DNA from: a bacterium
Lineage (GTDB): Bacteria; Patescibacteriota; Microgenomatia; Curtissbacterales; GWA2-41-24
Direction of reading: 5' to 3'
DNA length: 64,000 nt
Assembly: GCA_021813945.1 (NCBI GenBank)
Contig: JAKAJD010000001.1
Coordinates: 335,072 to 399,071, forward strand
Under the pieces are notes generated by a model. It saw only the letters and a program-made list of their open reading frames with translations, ran no database searches and was not told where the DNA came from. The translations under genes were made by a program, and so were the position numbers. How positions within the stretch are numbered: position 1 is the first letter of the stretch; the number at the start of each line of letters is the position of its first letter. Positions 1-9,603 of this stretch are shown here, piece by piece.

Positions 1-43
1 TACTACTCCAAACCCAACTCCAAAGGAAGCAGCCGTTTTCAAA

Positions 44-568
44 ATGGAAACCTCTCAAATGCCGATTCCAGAAATGACAAGTGACCAAAAGACACTAATC
101 GAAAAATATAGATCTGAACTCCCCGAAATAATTGCCAAAATCAATCCAACTCCTCAACAAATAAAAGACCTCGAAATTTATTATCCAATTTACAGGGTCG
201 GCCAAGACCGATTCAAAACACCATGGTATTTAACCTGGATCGTTCATGAAGAAGAAAGTACAGCCTCGAGAAATCCAAATGCTTTTTTAGAAAATTGCCT
301 CCAGTGCGGTGCCATGCAAAGAGATATCCGTTATCATCCGCAAGCAGACGTCGATCGCGCCAACACAGGTCTCGAGTATTTTAGGCTCCTGCCGACAAGA
401 GAAAAGAAATGGGATACAACAGACTTAATTTGGGGAGCGTCTGCAATAAGAGAGTACATCGATCAAGCTGGAAGCGTATTGGGGGGACTTAAAAAATACT
501 CCGCAGTCGGACCAGCACAAGATCGCTATCAAAAATACTTACTATATCAATCTGAACTTGGATATTAA
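44..568 (+). CDS. hypothetical protein; the reading frame stays open to the window start, so the N-terminus may lie upstream
   Basis: 174-aa ORF at ATG 44. The upstream in-frame sequence back to position 2 has no stop codon. No motif recognised. Confidence 0.4.
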   Translation: METSQMPIPEMTSDQKTLIEKYRSELPEIIAKINPTPQQIKDLEIYYPIYRVGQDRFKTPWYLTWIVHEEESTASRNPNAFLENCLQCGAMQRDIRYHPQADVDRANTGLEYFRLLPTREKKWDTTDLIWGASAIREYIDQAGSVLGGLKKYSAVGPAQDRYQKYLLYQSELGY

Positions 569-1219
569 TTACTTTGAATAAGCTTCGCAAGCAGCTTTTG
601 CTTGAGGATCTGTTATAGAAGCACACATTGAAGTTCCTGATTGGCCAGAAGGAGCTTGTGAGGCACCAGGACTTTTGGTCATCGCCGAAATATCCATAAA
701 CTGCACAGTCGATGGCGGGTTAAACTTAGAATCGTCAACTCCCCAGGGTGAACACTTATATTGCACTTGCTGATTCGGATTAAATCCCGTGCTCACACCG
801 CTTGGAGCAGGCGTTGGGCTTGCAGACTCTGCAGGAATTTTCATTTTGGTTCCTTGCGGTAACGCGGAAGACCAAGAATAAATGTACCCATCTTTTTGGA
901 TCATATGCATATCCATTGTTTTTCCATCAGAAGTTGTTATTGTAAAATCTCCACTCATCTTTTGCCCAGCTACATTTATTTTCCCGACGGTCTTATTCTG
1001 CTCAACCGAATATGAAACATCACAGGTAAGATCCTTGCCCATTGCCAAAAGACCCTTTATCGTACCTGTCTGCTCGGAAACTGGAGCTTCAGTTGCTTGA
1101 GAAGCCGGTTTTTCTGCTTGTGTTTTTTGGGATTTTTGTGAAATGTAAAAGCCGGCCGCTAAAATAAGAATAAGAATGATTACAGCACCGACTATTAAAA
1201 GAACCTTTCTTGGCATCAC
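569..1219 (-). CDS. hypothetical membrane-anchored or secreted protein with a Ser/Thr/Pro-rich C-terminal region
   Basis: N-terminal hydrophobic segment MMPRKVLLIVGAVIILILILAAGFYIS. The C-terminal part is low-complexity and rich in Ser, Thr and Pro. Confidence 0.5.
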   Translation of the reverse strand: MMPRKVLLIVGAVIILILILAAGFYISQKSQKTQAEKPASQATEAPVSEQTGTIKGLLAMGKDLTCDVSYSVEQNKTVGKINVAGQKMSGDFTITTSDGKTMDMHMIQKDGYIYSWSSALPQGTKMKIPAESASPTPAPSGVSTGFNPNQQVQYKCSPWGVDDSKFNPPSTVQFMDISAMTKSPGASQAPSGQSGTSMCASITDPQAKAACEAYSK

Positions 1220-1293
1220 GGCCAGTATAATAACTCGCTTCTAACAAATCAAGTGGAAAACGTAAATCTAGTCAAAAAAGCCGAACAGCCTAA

Positions 1294-3858
1294 TCAATCG
1301 GTCCAAGGCTGGCCGACAGAAACAGTAATTTCAGAATCAGCACTTTTACCGGCTTCGTTATATGCTTTAACCTTTATTTTGTGTTTACCAGAAGAGGCTG
1401 AAGAAAATGTAAAATGAAACTTTACACTGCTATCAGAAGAATCGGTACTGTCCTTTAAAGTGCCATCAATATAAAATTCAGCTTTGGTAATTTTTCGACC
1501 GGTAGAAACAGTTGCTTGGGTGTCAAAGCTGTAATCCACCTGGTTATGATCTCCCGGCGAATCAATATGAACACTGATATCATCCGGGTTTTGATTAGGT
1601 TGGTTCAAAAGCTCCGCAGGAGGATGATATTTGGAATCACCTTGGCTTGCTTCCCAAGCGTTTATTCCTTGCTGCCAACGGTTAACTCCATCACCTGAAA
1701 CGGGATCGAATTCCTGAAAAACATAGTAATCTTGGCCGTTCATTTTTTTCTCAACTGCGCAATCTTTTGTAGGCTCGGTACCTTTGATAAAATATTCACT
1801 TCTAACGGGATATCCTGGACAAGGAAGCCCGCCACCAAACGCATCTACTTGAATAGCATTTACATTGTCTGGCTTCTGAAAACCTTCATCGCCTTTTCCC
1901 GAAAGAGCAGCCTGCATAATCTTATTCCAAATAGGAGTTGCACCTGTGACACCCGAAGCAATCTGCTGATTCATCGGAGTATTGTCGTTGTTGCCAACCC
2001 AGACACCAACTGCAACGGAAGGCGTGTAACCGATAGCCCAGTTGTCTCGCTTGTCATCAGTAGTTCCCGTTTTGACAGCAACAGTCTTAGCGGGTACAAC
2101 TAAAAGAGAATTCGGCCCAAACTCCATGCTCCTGGCATTGTTATCAGAAAGAATGTGCGAGATGATAAACGCAATATCTGGAGTAATCACTTGTTTTGGT
2201 TGAGAATCGGTTGCTTTATCTATCACCTTGCCGCTTGAGTCTTTTACTTCCAAAATTGCGACTGGGCTAAGCTGCTTTCCCGAATCGGCTAAAGTAGAAT
2301 ATCCGTCAACCAAATCTAAAAGCTTAACCTCACCGCCTCCCAGTGTAACCGCAAGCCCGAATCTTTTGAGATTTTCATCGGTTGGTTGAAGTGTCGTAAG
2401 GCCGGCATCGGATGCAGTTCTTAACATATTCTTAATACCAACCATACCGAGCATCTTAACCGCAGTCACGTTTATTGAATTACCCAACGCAAAACGAACC
2501 TGAATTGGACCCCTAAACTTGCCATCATAATTCACCGGCTTATACATAGGCTGCCCAGCCCCGCCAGGAAACTCGGTTGGAACATCCATAATAACTGTAG
2601 CTGCTGTATAACCCGCTTTTAGTCCCGTGGCATAGGTAAAAGGCTTTAAAGATGAACCAGGCTGTCTAAGGGCAAGCGCCACGTTTACCTGACCGTCGTA
2701 GTCTTTGGCAAAGTAATCTTTGGAACCAACCATTGCCAGAATTTGACCGGTTTTCGGCTCCATCACAACTGCAGCTCCGTTGCCAACATGATAATTTCCA
2801 AGTTTACTGACCTCGTCGGAAACAATTTGCTGGGCTTTATTTTGAAGGTCGAGATCGAGAGTTGTCTTAACGGAAAGACCCCCTTGTTCCACAAATTTGT
2901 CGCCGTATTTGGAAACTAAAAGGTCTCGAACATAAAAAACAAAATGGGGAGCGTTTATTCCTTGTGTATCCTGAACAAACTTAACATTTGGAATTTCGCT
3001 ATCTACTTGTTTTTCCTGATCGGATGTTATGTAATTATCCTCTCGCATTCTCCTGGCCACATCTTTGGCCCTGCCAACATAAGCTTTGGGATTTGTACCA
3101 AATGGGGAATAATAAGTCGGACTTTGTGGAAGTCCTGCCAAAATTACTGCCTCTGTGAGCGTTAAATCCTTGGCCTCCTTGCCGAAATAAGTCTGGGCAG
3201 CAGCCTCAATTCCCCACGCCGTACCACCATAAGGGACCTCGTTAAGATAGATCTGTAGAATTTCATCTTTGGTGTATTTGCGCTCAACCTGAACTGCCAA
3301 AATAAATTCTTTAATCTTTCGGGTAACTGACCGCTCGGGGGTAAGAAGCGTATTTTTGACAACTTGCTGGGTAATCGTCGATCCACCCTCAACCCTTCCA
3401 AAAACAACAGTGCTGATAAGCGATCTGGCGATTCCAGTAATCGAAAAACCGCCATGACTATAGAAATTTTTGTCCTCAATAGAAACTGTTGCCTGCTTTA
3501 CGTATGGCGGCAAGCCCTTCCAGTCTACAAGAGCCCGATTTTTTTCGCCGTGAATATCATAAAGCGGCTTCCCGTTTCTATCAAAGATCTTAGTAGAAAG
3601 AGAAGAATCATGGGTCGTTAGCTTATTCGGAGAGGGTAAATCCTTCGCAAAAATTACAAACAAAAAAAGAGTTCCCACAATTGCTGCAATAAGTCCAAAA
3701 AAGGTAACCGTTGTCACAAGTCCGAAAAATCTTATCCAAAAACGCCTTCTGTTAAATGAAGAATGTTCGTAAAATGGATGGTTATTTTGGGCCGTGGGAA
3801 TTCTGGAAATTCGGGAAGTAAATTTGCGTGCCCCTGGTCTGTACTGTGAAAATTTCAT
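1294..3858 (-). CDS. mrcA: class A penicillin-binding protein 1A (bifunctional GT51 transglycosylase and transpeptidase) with a C-terminal Ig/FN3-like extension
   Basis: N-terminal membrane anchor. GT51 motifs (GGSTITQQ..KN, RKIKE, YLNEVPYG). Transpeptidase module downstream. An extra beta-rich domain of about 110 aa at the C-terminus. Confidence 0.9.
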   Translation of the reverse strand: MKFSQYRPGARKFTSRISRIPTAQNNHPFYEHSSFNRRRFWIRFFGLVTTVTFFGLIAAIVGTLFLFVIFAKDLPSPNKLTTHDSSLSTKIFDRNGKPLYDIHGEKNRALVDWKGLPPYVKQATVSIEDKNFYSHGGFSITGIARSLISTVVFGRVEGGSTITQQVVKNTLLTPERSVTRKIKEFILAVQVERKYTKDEILQIYLNEVPYGGTAWGIEAAAQTYFGKEAKDLTLTEAVILAGLPQSPTYYSPFGTNPKAYVGRAKDVARRMREDNYITSDQEKQVDSEIPNVKFVQDTQGINAPHFVFYVRDLLVSKYGDKFVEQGGLSVKTTLDLDLQNKAQQIVSDEVSKLGNYHVGNGAAVVMEPKTGQILAMVGSKDYFAKDYDGQVNVALALRQPGSSLKPFTYATGLKAGYTAATVIMDVPTEFPGGAGQPMYKPVNYDGKFRGPIQVRFALGNSINVTAVKMLGMVGIKNMLRTASDAGLTTLQPTDENLKRFGLAVTLGGGEVKLLDLVDGYSTLADSGKQLSPVAILEVKDSSGKVIDKATDSQPKQVITPDIAFIISHILSDNNARSMEFGPNSLLVVPAKTVAVKTGTTDDKRDNWAIGYTPSVAVGVWVGNNDNTPMNQQIASGVTGATPIWNKIMQAALSGKGDEGFQKPDNVNAIQVDAFGGGLPCPGYPVRSEYFIKGTEPTKDCAVEKKMNGQDYYVFQEFDPVSGDGVNRWQQGINAWEASQGDSKYHPPAELLNQPNQNPDDISVHIDSPGDHNQVDYSFDTQATVSTGRKITKAEFYIDGTLKDSTDSSDSSVKFHFTFSSASSGKHKIKVKAYNEAGKSADSEITVSVGQPWTD

Positions 3859-3933
3859 GAAAGAAAGCTATTCGTTATTATATCGCCCCGCCCTAATTGC
3901 CTCAAGCCTTCCTTTCATTGTAATATCTACTCA

Positions 3934-5085
3934 ATGGATAAAATCGAAGAAGTTCTAACACGCGGGGTGGCGTCAGTCCTTCCGGATAAAAACTCTCTCG
4001 CCAAATTAATGGCTGCAAAAAAGATTAGGGTATATTTGGGTATCGATCCAACGGGTCCAAGACTTCACGTCGGCCACACAATTCCCATGCGTAAACTTCA
4101 AGCATTTGCAGATTTGGGGCATGACACGATTTTGGTTTTTGGAACAGGAACGGTTTTAGCAGGAGACCCGTCTCAGCGCAAAGAAAAAAGGGCAGAAATT
4201 ACAGAAGAAGAAGTTGAAAAAAACATTGCAGACTGGAAAAAACAGGCCGAAAAAATTATTGATTTCGAAAAAGTGAAAATTGTCAAAAATGGCGATTGGC
4301 TCCTAAAGCTAACGATTCCTGAACTTATTAGAATTGAATCCCAGTTAAGCGCTACCCAACTTTTCAAGCGCGACATGTTCCAGGAAAGACTCAACAGAGG
4401 AGATGTAGTTTCTTATCACGAAACTTTATACCCAGTTTTGCAAGGATACGATTCAGTCCATTTGGACGTAGATTTGGAAATTGGCGGCACAGACCAAACC
4501 TTTAACATGCTCGTGGGCCGCGAGCTTCAGAAGAAAATCAATAACCGAGAAAAGTTTGTCCTAGCAACTCCTTTAATTTCGGGAACCGATGGCCAACAAA
4601 TGACAAAATCAACCGGCAATTGCATTTGGCTAGATGATTCTCCAAACGATATGTATGGCAAGGTAATGTCTGTCGCAGATTCTCAACTTGAGGAATATTG
4701 GACTAACTTGACCAATTTCCCATCTTCCGAACTAAAAGATCTAAAACCTCTTGATGCTAAAAAGAAGTTAGCATTTGAAATCGTAAAAACTTTTCATGGA
4801 GAAGCTGAGGCCCAAAAAGCTCAAGATGATTTCCAGTCCACTTTTCAAAAGGGTGTTGCGCCTCAAAACCTTCCGGAAATAAAAGTGCAAGAACCAGATG
4901 TCGAGTTAGTCGATTTTCTAGCAAAAAACAACCTCGCAGCGAGCAAATCGGAAGCAAAAAGATTGCTAAAAGAAGGAGCAATAGAAATAGACGGCCGAAC
5001 TATCACCGAATCTGAAGTAAAATTCGAAAACAATCAGGTCATGAGAATTGGAAAGAAAAAATTCGTGCGCATTGTGATATCCTAA
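3934..5085 (+). CDS. tyrS: tyrosyl-tRNA synthetase with a C-terminal S4 domain
   Basis: Class I HIGH motif (LHVGHTIP). KMSKS-like motif (KMTKSTGN). N-terminal GIDPTGPRLHVGH matches TyrRS. C-terminal S4-like RNA-binding segment. Confidence 0.88.
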   Translation: MDKIEEVLTRGVASVLPDKNSLAKLMAAKKIRVYLGIDPTGPRLHVGHTIPMRKLQAFADLGHDTILVFGTGTVLAGDPSQRKEKRAEITEEEVEKNIADWKKQAEKIIDFEKVKIVKNGDWLLKLTIPELIRIESQLSATQLFKRDMFQERLNRGDVVSYHETLYPVLQGYDSVHLDVDLEIGGTDQTFNMLVGRELQKKINNREKFVLATPLISGTDGQQMTKSTGNCIWLDDSPNDMYGKVMSVADSQLEEYWTNLTNFPSSELKDLKPLDAKKKLAFEIVKTFHGEAEAQKAQDDFQSTFQKGVAPQNLPEIKVQEPDVELVDFLAKNNLAASKSEAKRLLKEGAIEIDGRTITESEVKFENNQVMRIGKKKFVRIVIS

Positions 5086-5206
5086 AACAAATGAAGCTTT
5101 TCAAGCGCTCCTATCTTAAAAAACTCTGGTTAGCGGTAATAATTCTCGCTTCACTTTCTTTTATAATCGGCCAATTCGCCCTCTATATAACCTACGGAGC
5201 TAGATA

Positions 5207-5276
5207 AAAAGGTCAGGCCCGCATAAGGGCAGGCCTTTGTCAAGATTAATCTAAGGTTAAGGCCTGCCCTTTACCC
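5207..5276. repeat. intergenic palindromic repeat element, copy A (13-nt inverted arms AAGGGCAGGCCTT / AAGGCCTGCCCTT)
   Basis: Seen in the sequence between tyrS and recG. The 3' arm and tail GGTTAAGGCCTGCCCTTTACCC are near-identical to copy G. Confidence 0.6.
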
Positions 5277-5330
5277 AGGGCCTTGCGCTAATTTGACTAA
5301 AGACAATAGTCGATAGACAATAGTCGCATT

Positions 5331-7376
5331 ATGGACCCACAAACCCGGATTGAAGTACTTCCTGGTGTAGGCGACTTTTACGCAAAAAGGCTTGCCAAAC
5401 TAGATATCAAAACAATAGTCGACCTTATCTACCATTTTCCATTCCGTTACGACGATTTCTCCCAAATCGAAAGCATTGCCCGCGCAAACACAAACGAAAA
5501 AATTACAATCCAAGGCACAATCTGGCAGATTAAAAACATAAGAACGCCCAGAGGCAAATTTCTAACAACCGCAACTGTGGCAGACGAATCGGGAACTATA
5601 GAGATAATTTGGTTTAATCAGCCTTATCTGACCAAAACTCTAAAAGCTGGAACACCCGTTTCTCTTTCGGGAAAACTAGACCCTAAATCGCCTCGCCCAA
5701 AATTGGTCTCACCTTCCTACGAAGTCTTAAGAAACCAGTCACCTGTCACGAGTCATCAGTCACCAAATACTCTTCACACCGGCAGACTTGTCCCGATTTA
5801 TCCGGAAACCGAAGGCGTAACGTCCAAATGGCTACGGGCAAAAATAGGTGCAATCCTGCCTTTTTATGTCAAAACTTTAGACGATTTTCTACCCAAGGAG
5901 ATTGCCTCAAGGCAAAATTTAGAAGATTTAGAAAGCTCTCTTACAAAAATTCATTTCCCAAAAACCTACGATGATGTCGAAGAAGCTAGAAAACGCCTTG
6001 GCTTTGACGAGCTTTTCTTAACACAACTTGCATCGGCAATTAGAAAACGCGAGTGGCTTTCCCAAAAAATAGCTCCACAAATTAAAATTTCCCAGTCTGA
6101 TCTTCAAAATTTTCAAAATAATTTGCCCTTCACCTTAACAGATGCCCAAAAAAAAGCTATAGAAGATATTGTCTCGGATTTGGAAAGAAAAACCCCTGCC
6201 AACCGGCTTTTGGAAGGCGACGTCGGCTCCGGCAAAACTGTAGTTGCGGCAGCAGCTGCCTTGGCAGCATACAAAAACAATTTTGAAACAATTCTCGCAG
6301 CACCAACAGAAATACTAGCGTTTCAGCACCAAAAAACACTCTCGGAAATCTTTGCGCCATACGGAATCCAAATCGGGATCTGGACAGGCAGCAAAAAACA
6401 AAAAGGTGATATAACCTGCGGAACCCACGCTCTTCTTTCAACCTTCAAAAGCCAAAAACAAATCGGACTGGTGATTGTAGACGAACAACACCGCTTTGGC
6501 GTGGCCCAAAGGGCCAAACTTTTTATGGATCAGAACTTAAAACTTTCTCCACACGTTTTAACCATGACTGCTACACCCATTCCCAGGACCCTCGCCTTAA
6601 CTCTTTATGGGGACCTCGATCTTTCCGTTTTGGACGAAATGCCTAAAGGCCGGCAAAAAATTGCCACATTTGTTGTCCCTAACTTCAAACGGCAAGGTGC
6701 TTACGGTTTTATTGAAAAACAGGTTCAAGAGGGCAGGCAAGCGTTTATCTTAACACCCTTTGTTGAACCTTCCGAAACCTTAACCAGCGTAAAGGCTGCA
6801 AAGGTTGAATTTGAAAACTTAAAAGGTAAATTTTCAAAAAAAGTAAAACTGGGACTTTTGCATGGCCGTCTTAAATCCAAAGAAAAAGAAGAGATAATTA
6901 CCAAATTTAAAAACAATAAAATAAACGTCTTGGTAACAACTCCTGTAGTTGAAGTCGGAATAGATGTACCAAACGCAACCGTAATGCTCATTGAATCAGC
7001 AGAACGTTTCGGGTTAGCCCAACTCCATCAGCTCCGTGGGCGTGTCGGCAGGGGAGAGCATAAATCGTATTGCTTCTTATTTTCTGATTCTAGATCCGAA
7101 AATTCTATCAAACGCCTAAAAAGCATGGAGAAAGTTCATATCGGCTTTGAGCTTGCCGAAATTGACCTTAAAATGCGCGGCCCCGGTGAAATCTTCGGTC
7201 TAAAACAATCCGGCTTTTTCAATTTTAAAATTGCCGACATCACCGACCAAAAATCTGTCGCCGCAGCCCAAAACGAAGCCAAAAAACTTCTCGACTCAGA
7301 TCCCAGACTCAAAAACCACCTTCACCTCAAACAAAAACTCGAATCCGTCTCAAGCGAATACTCCCAGCCAAACTAA
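5331..7376 (+). CDS. recG: ATP-dependent DNA helicase RecG
   Basis: N-terminal wedge/HhH region (LPGVGDFYAKRL). Walker A motif GDVGSGKT. DEQH box. Helicase C motifs (QLHQLRGRVGRG). Confidence 0.9.
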   Translation: MDPQTRIEVLPGVGDFYAKRLAKLDIKTIVDLIYHFPFRYDDFSQIESIARANTNEKITIQGTIWQIKNIRTPRGKFLTTATVADESGTIEIIWFNQPYLTKTLKAGTPVSLSGKLDPKSPRPKLVSPSYEVLRNQSPVTSHQSPNTLHTGRLVPIYPETEGVTSKWLRAKIGAILPFYVKTLDDFLPKEIASRQNLEDLESSLTKIHFPKTYDDVEEARKRLGFDELFLTQLASAIRKREWLSQKIAPQIKISQSDLQNFQNNLPFTLTDAQKKAIEDIVSDLERKTPANRLLEGDVGSGKTVVAAAAALAAYKNNFETILAAPTEILAFQHQKTLSEIFAPYGIQIGIWTGSKKQKGDITCGTHALLSTFKSQKQIGLVIVDEQHRFGVAQRAKLFMDQNLKLSPHVLTMTATPIPRTLALTLYGDLDLSVLDEMPKGRQKIATFVVPNFKRQGAYGFIEKQVQEGRQAFILTPFVEPSETLTSVKAAKVEFENLKGKFSKKVKLGLLHGRLKSKEKEEIITKFKNNKINVLVTTPVVEVGIDVPNATVMLIESAERFGLAQLHQLRGRVGRGEHKSYCFLFSDSRSENSIKRLKSMEKVHIGFELAEIDLKMRGPGEIFGLKQSGFFNFKIADITDQKSVAAAQNEAKKLLDSDPRLKNHLHLKQKLESVSSEYSQPN

Positions 7377-7382
7377 GACATG

Positions 7383-7410
7383 TTGACTAAAAATTCTCAT
7401 TTGATATAAT
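7383..7410 (+). promoter_or_regulatory. sigma70-like promoter (TTGACT, 16-nt spacer, TATAAT) upstream of rpmF-nusB
   Basis: Exact -35 (TTGACT at 7383-7388) and -10 (TATAAT at 7405-7410) consensus hexamers about 60 nt upstream of the rpmF start codon. Confidence 0.5.
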
Positions 7411-7469
7411 CCCCAAAAGGCTAATTTAGCCACTAGTAACTGGCTGGTGGCAACTAGTAAACTAAAACT

Positions 7470-7664
7470 ATGACACCGTTACCAAAAAAGAGGCATGCTA
7501 AAGCAAGGTCTAAAGTCAGAAGAGCTTCAATAAAGCTCTCTATTCCAAACCTTGTTAAGTGCCCTAATTGTCAAAGCCTTAAATATCCGCACCAAGCATG
7601 CAAAAAGTGTGGATATTACAAGGAAAGCCCAAAAAGCAAGGTAGAAGAGATCAAAAAGGCTTAG
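7470..7664 (+). CDS. rpmF: 50S ribosomal protein L32
   Basis: Basic N-terminus PKKRHAKARSKVRR. CxxC...CxxC zinc-ribbon arrangement typical of bL32. Confidence 0.8.
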   Translation: MTPLPKKRHAKARSKVRRASIKLSIPNLVKCPNCQSLKYPHQACKKCGYYKESPKSKVEEIKKA

Positions 7665-7671
7665 GGCAAAA

Positions 7672-8043
7672 ATGAAACGTAAAGACGATCCTAGGCATAC
7701 ACAAAGGGTCGAGGCCATGAAAGCGCTTTTTGAAACAAGCTTCAGGGCCCAAAACCCAATTGCCAAAGATTCAGTTGCATCTGAAGTATTTAAAAGCAAG
7801 CGGAAAATCGACGCCTTAATAAAAAAGAATGCACCCGCTTGGCCTATATCGCAGATTGCACCAATAGATCTGGCACTTTTGAGATTAGCAATTTGGGAGC
7901 TAATACTTAAAAAAAAGCCTGAACCTTACAAGGTAATTGTAGACGAAGCAGTTGAGATAGCTAAAGAATACGGGTCTGAATCATCGCCTGCATTTATAAA
8001 CGGCGTTTTGGGATCGATAATTTCGAAGAAATTACATGACTAA
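7672..8043 (+). CDS. nusB: transcription antitermination factor NusB
   Basis: 123-aa all-helical protein. R..AR..ALQ-type N-terminus and the conserved ALLRLAIWEL and DEAVEIAKEYG segments. Confidence 0.85.
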   Translation: MKRKDDPRHTQRVEAMKALFETSFRAQNPIAKDSVASEVFKSKRKIDALIKKNAPAWPISQIAPIDLALLRLAIWELILKKKPEPYKVIVDEAVEIAKEYGSESSPAFINGVLGSIISKKLHD

Positions 8044-8088
8044 ATCAGGCAGTTGACGATTTACTATTAACTAATTAGGATAACTGTA

Positions 8089-8340
8089 ATGACAGACACA
8101 GAAATTTTAGAAGATATCAAAAAAATAATCTCAAAAGACTTCGGCGTTCCCGCGGAAGATATCGAAGAGGACTCCAATCTGGATGAAGACCTAAACATTA
8201 CAGATTTGGAAATAGAAGATCTGGCGGAAAAACTTAGTCTAAAATACGACATCCAAATCCCTCAGGAAAAAATATCTTCATTTGTTAAGGTTTCGGATAT
8301 AGTCAACTATCTTTATGAAAACGTCGACACCACGCTCTAA
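8089..8340 (+). CDS. acyl carrier protein-like small acidic protein; the phosphopantetheine-site Ser is replaced by Asp
   Basis: 83-aa acidic four-helix pattern that aligns to ACP. The EDLGADSLD motif corresponds to EDLNITDLE here. It sits immediately upstream of rnc and overlaps its start, matching the conserved acpP-rnc synteny. Confidence 0.55.
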   Translation: MTDTEILEDIKKIISKDFGVPAEDIEEDSNLDEDLNITDLEIEDLAEKLSLKYDIQIPQEKISSFVKVSDIVNYLYENVDTTL

Positions 8341-9079
8341 AATTTCGCCACAACAATTAAATACTGGATCGGATTTTTCAAGTCTTGAGCAAAAAATTGG
8401 GATTAAATTTTCCGATAAAAACCTACTTAAAAACGCTTTTATTCACAGGTCTTACTTAAACGAGCACAAAAATTACAGGGGACAATCAAATGAACGGCTG
8501 GAATTTCTAGGGGATTCAGTGCTATCCATTATTGTTTCATCGCATCTTTTTAAAAATCTTCCCCAAAGTCCCGAAGGTAAACTCACTCAGTTAAGAGCTG
8601 CTTTAGTGCGTACCGAAACCTTGGCAAAACTCGCGCAAAAACTTTCACTTGGGCAATATCTCTATCTTTCAAAAGGTGAGGAAGACTCGGGCGGCAGAAA
8701 CAACAACTCAATTCTGGCAAACACTTTTGAAGCCCTAACAGGAGCAATTTACCTGGATCAGGGCATGGAGTCAGCAAGAGATTTTCTTGCTGAAAACGTT
8801 CTTTCTAACTGGAAACAGTTGGCAGAAACTGCAGTTTCCGACAATAAATCAAAGCTTCAAGAGGTTTTGCAAAAACTCTACCACCAGTCGCCAAGTTATA
8901 AGATAATAAACACATGGGGCCCAGATCACGATCGCAGATTTGAAATGGGCGTCTACCTAGGCCAAGAATGCTTTGGAAAAGGAGAGGGTAAAAATAAACA
9001 AGAGGCAGCCCAAAACGCTGCCAAAAACGCCCTTTCAGAGTTGGATTTGAATAAACTCCAAAAAACACTTGAACTTTGA
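8315..9079 (+). CDS. rnc: ribonuclease III
   Basis: RNase III signature ERLEFLGDSVL. C-terminal dsRBD (KQEAAQNAAKNAL). Confidence 0.92.
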   Translation: MKTSTPRSKISPQQLNTGSDFSSLEQKIGIKFSDKNLLKNAFIHRSYLNEHKNYRGQSNERLEFLGDSVLSIIVSSHLFKNLPQSPEGKLTQLRAALVRTETLAKLAQKLSLGQYLYLSKGEEDSGGRNNNSILANTFEALTGAIYLDQGMESARDFLAENVLSNWKQLAETAVSDNKSKLQEVLQKLYHQSPSYKIINTWGPDHDRRFEMGVYLGQECFGKGEGKNKQEAAQNAAKNALSELDLNKLQKTLEL

Positions 9080-9143
9080 AGTGAAAATTTGAGATAATAC
9101 CAAAATCGTCGATAGTCAAAATTCTATAGACGACAATAAAAAT

Positions 9144-9368
9144 ATGAGCGTCAAATTAAGACTCGCCATAACGGGAAAAGCACACCAAAGATCGTACCGA
9201 ATAGTCGCGCAAGACACAAAAAGTAAGCGCGATGGGGCATTTTTGGAAATTCTTGGATCTCTTGATTCTAAAAAAACCGTACAAAATGTAAAAAAAGAGA
9301 GAGTCGATTTTTGGATTTCGAAAGGCGCCAAACCCACACAAACAGTCGCCAAAATCCTCAAAATTTAA
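9144..9368 (+). CDS. rpsP: 30S ribosomal protein S16
   Basis: MSVKLRLAITGKAHQRSYRIVAQDTKSKRDGAFLEILG matches the bS16 N-terminal consensus. Confidence 0.85.
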   Translation: MSVKLRLAITGKAHQRSYRIVAQDTKSKRDGAFLEILGSLDSKKTVQNVKKERVDFWISKGAKPTQTVAKILKI

Positions 9369-9369
9369 A

Positions 9370-9603
9370 ATGGAAGACCTCTTAAAATTTACACTCGAGC
9401 CCTTAGTTTCCGATCTTAAAAAGGTTAAAATCGAAAAAGCCCAGGAAGGCAAAGATGTCCGCTTTACGGTTTATGTGCCCAAAGAAGATATCGCTAAAGT
9501 TATAGGAAAAGGCGGCAAAATGATAAAGTCCATTAAAAATTTGCTAAAAATAAGAGCCATAAAAGAAGACCTTTTCGTCGCAATCGACGTTCAGGAAGCG
9601 TGA
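9370..9603 (+). CDS. KH-domain RNA-binding protein (YlqC/UPF0109-like)
   Basis: GKGG KH-loop motif (VIGKGGKMIKSI). Conserved position between rpsP and trmD. Confidence 0.7.
   Translation: MEDLLKFTLEPLVSDLKKVKIEKAQEGKDVRFTVYVPKEDIAKVIGKGGKMIKSIKNLLKIRAIKEDLFVAIDVQEA

Noticed and set aside
1294-1320. The sequence CCAAGGCTGGCCGAC at the PBP1A stop codon resembles a degenerate arm of the palindromic repeat family.
   Set aside because: Only about 10 of 13 positions match, and there is no partner arm. This is too weak to call an eighth copy.
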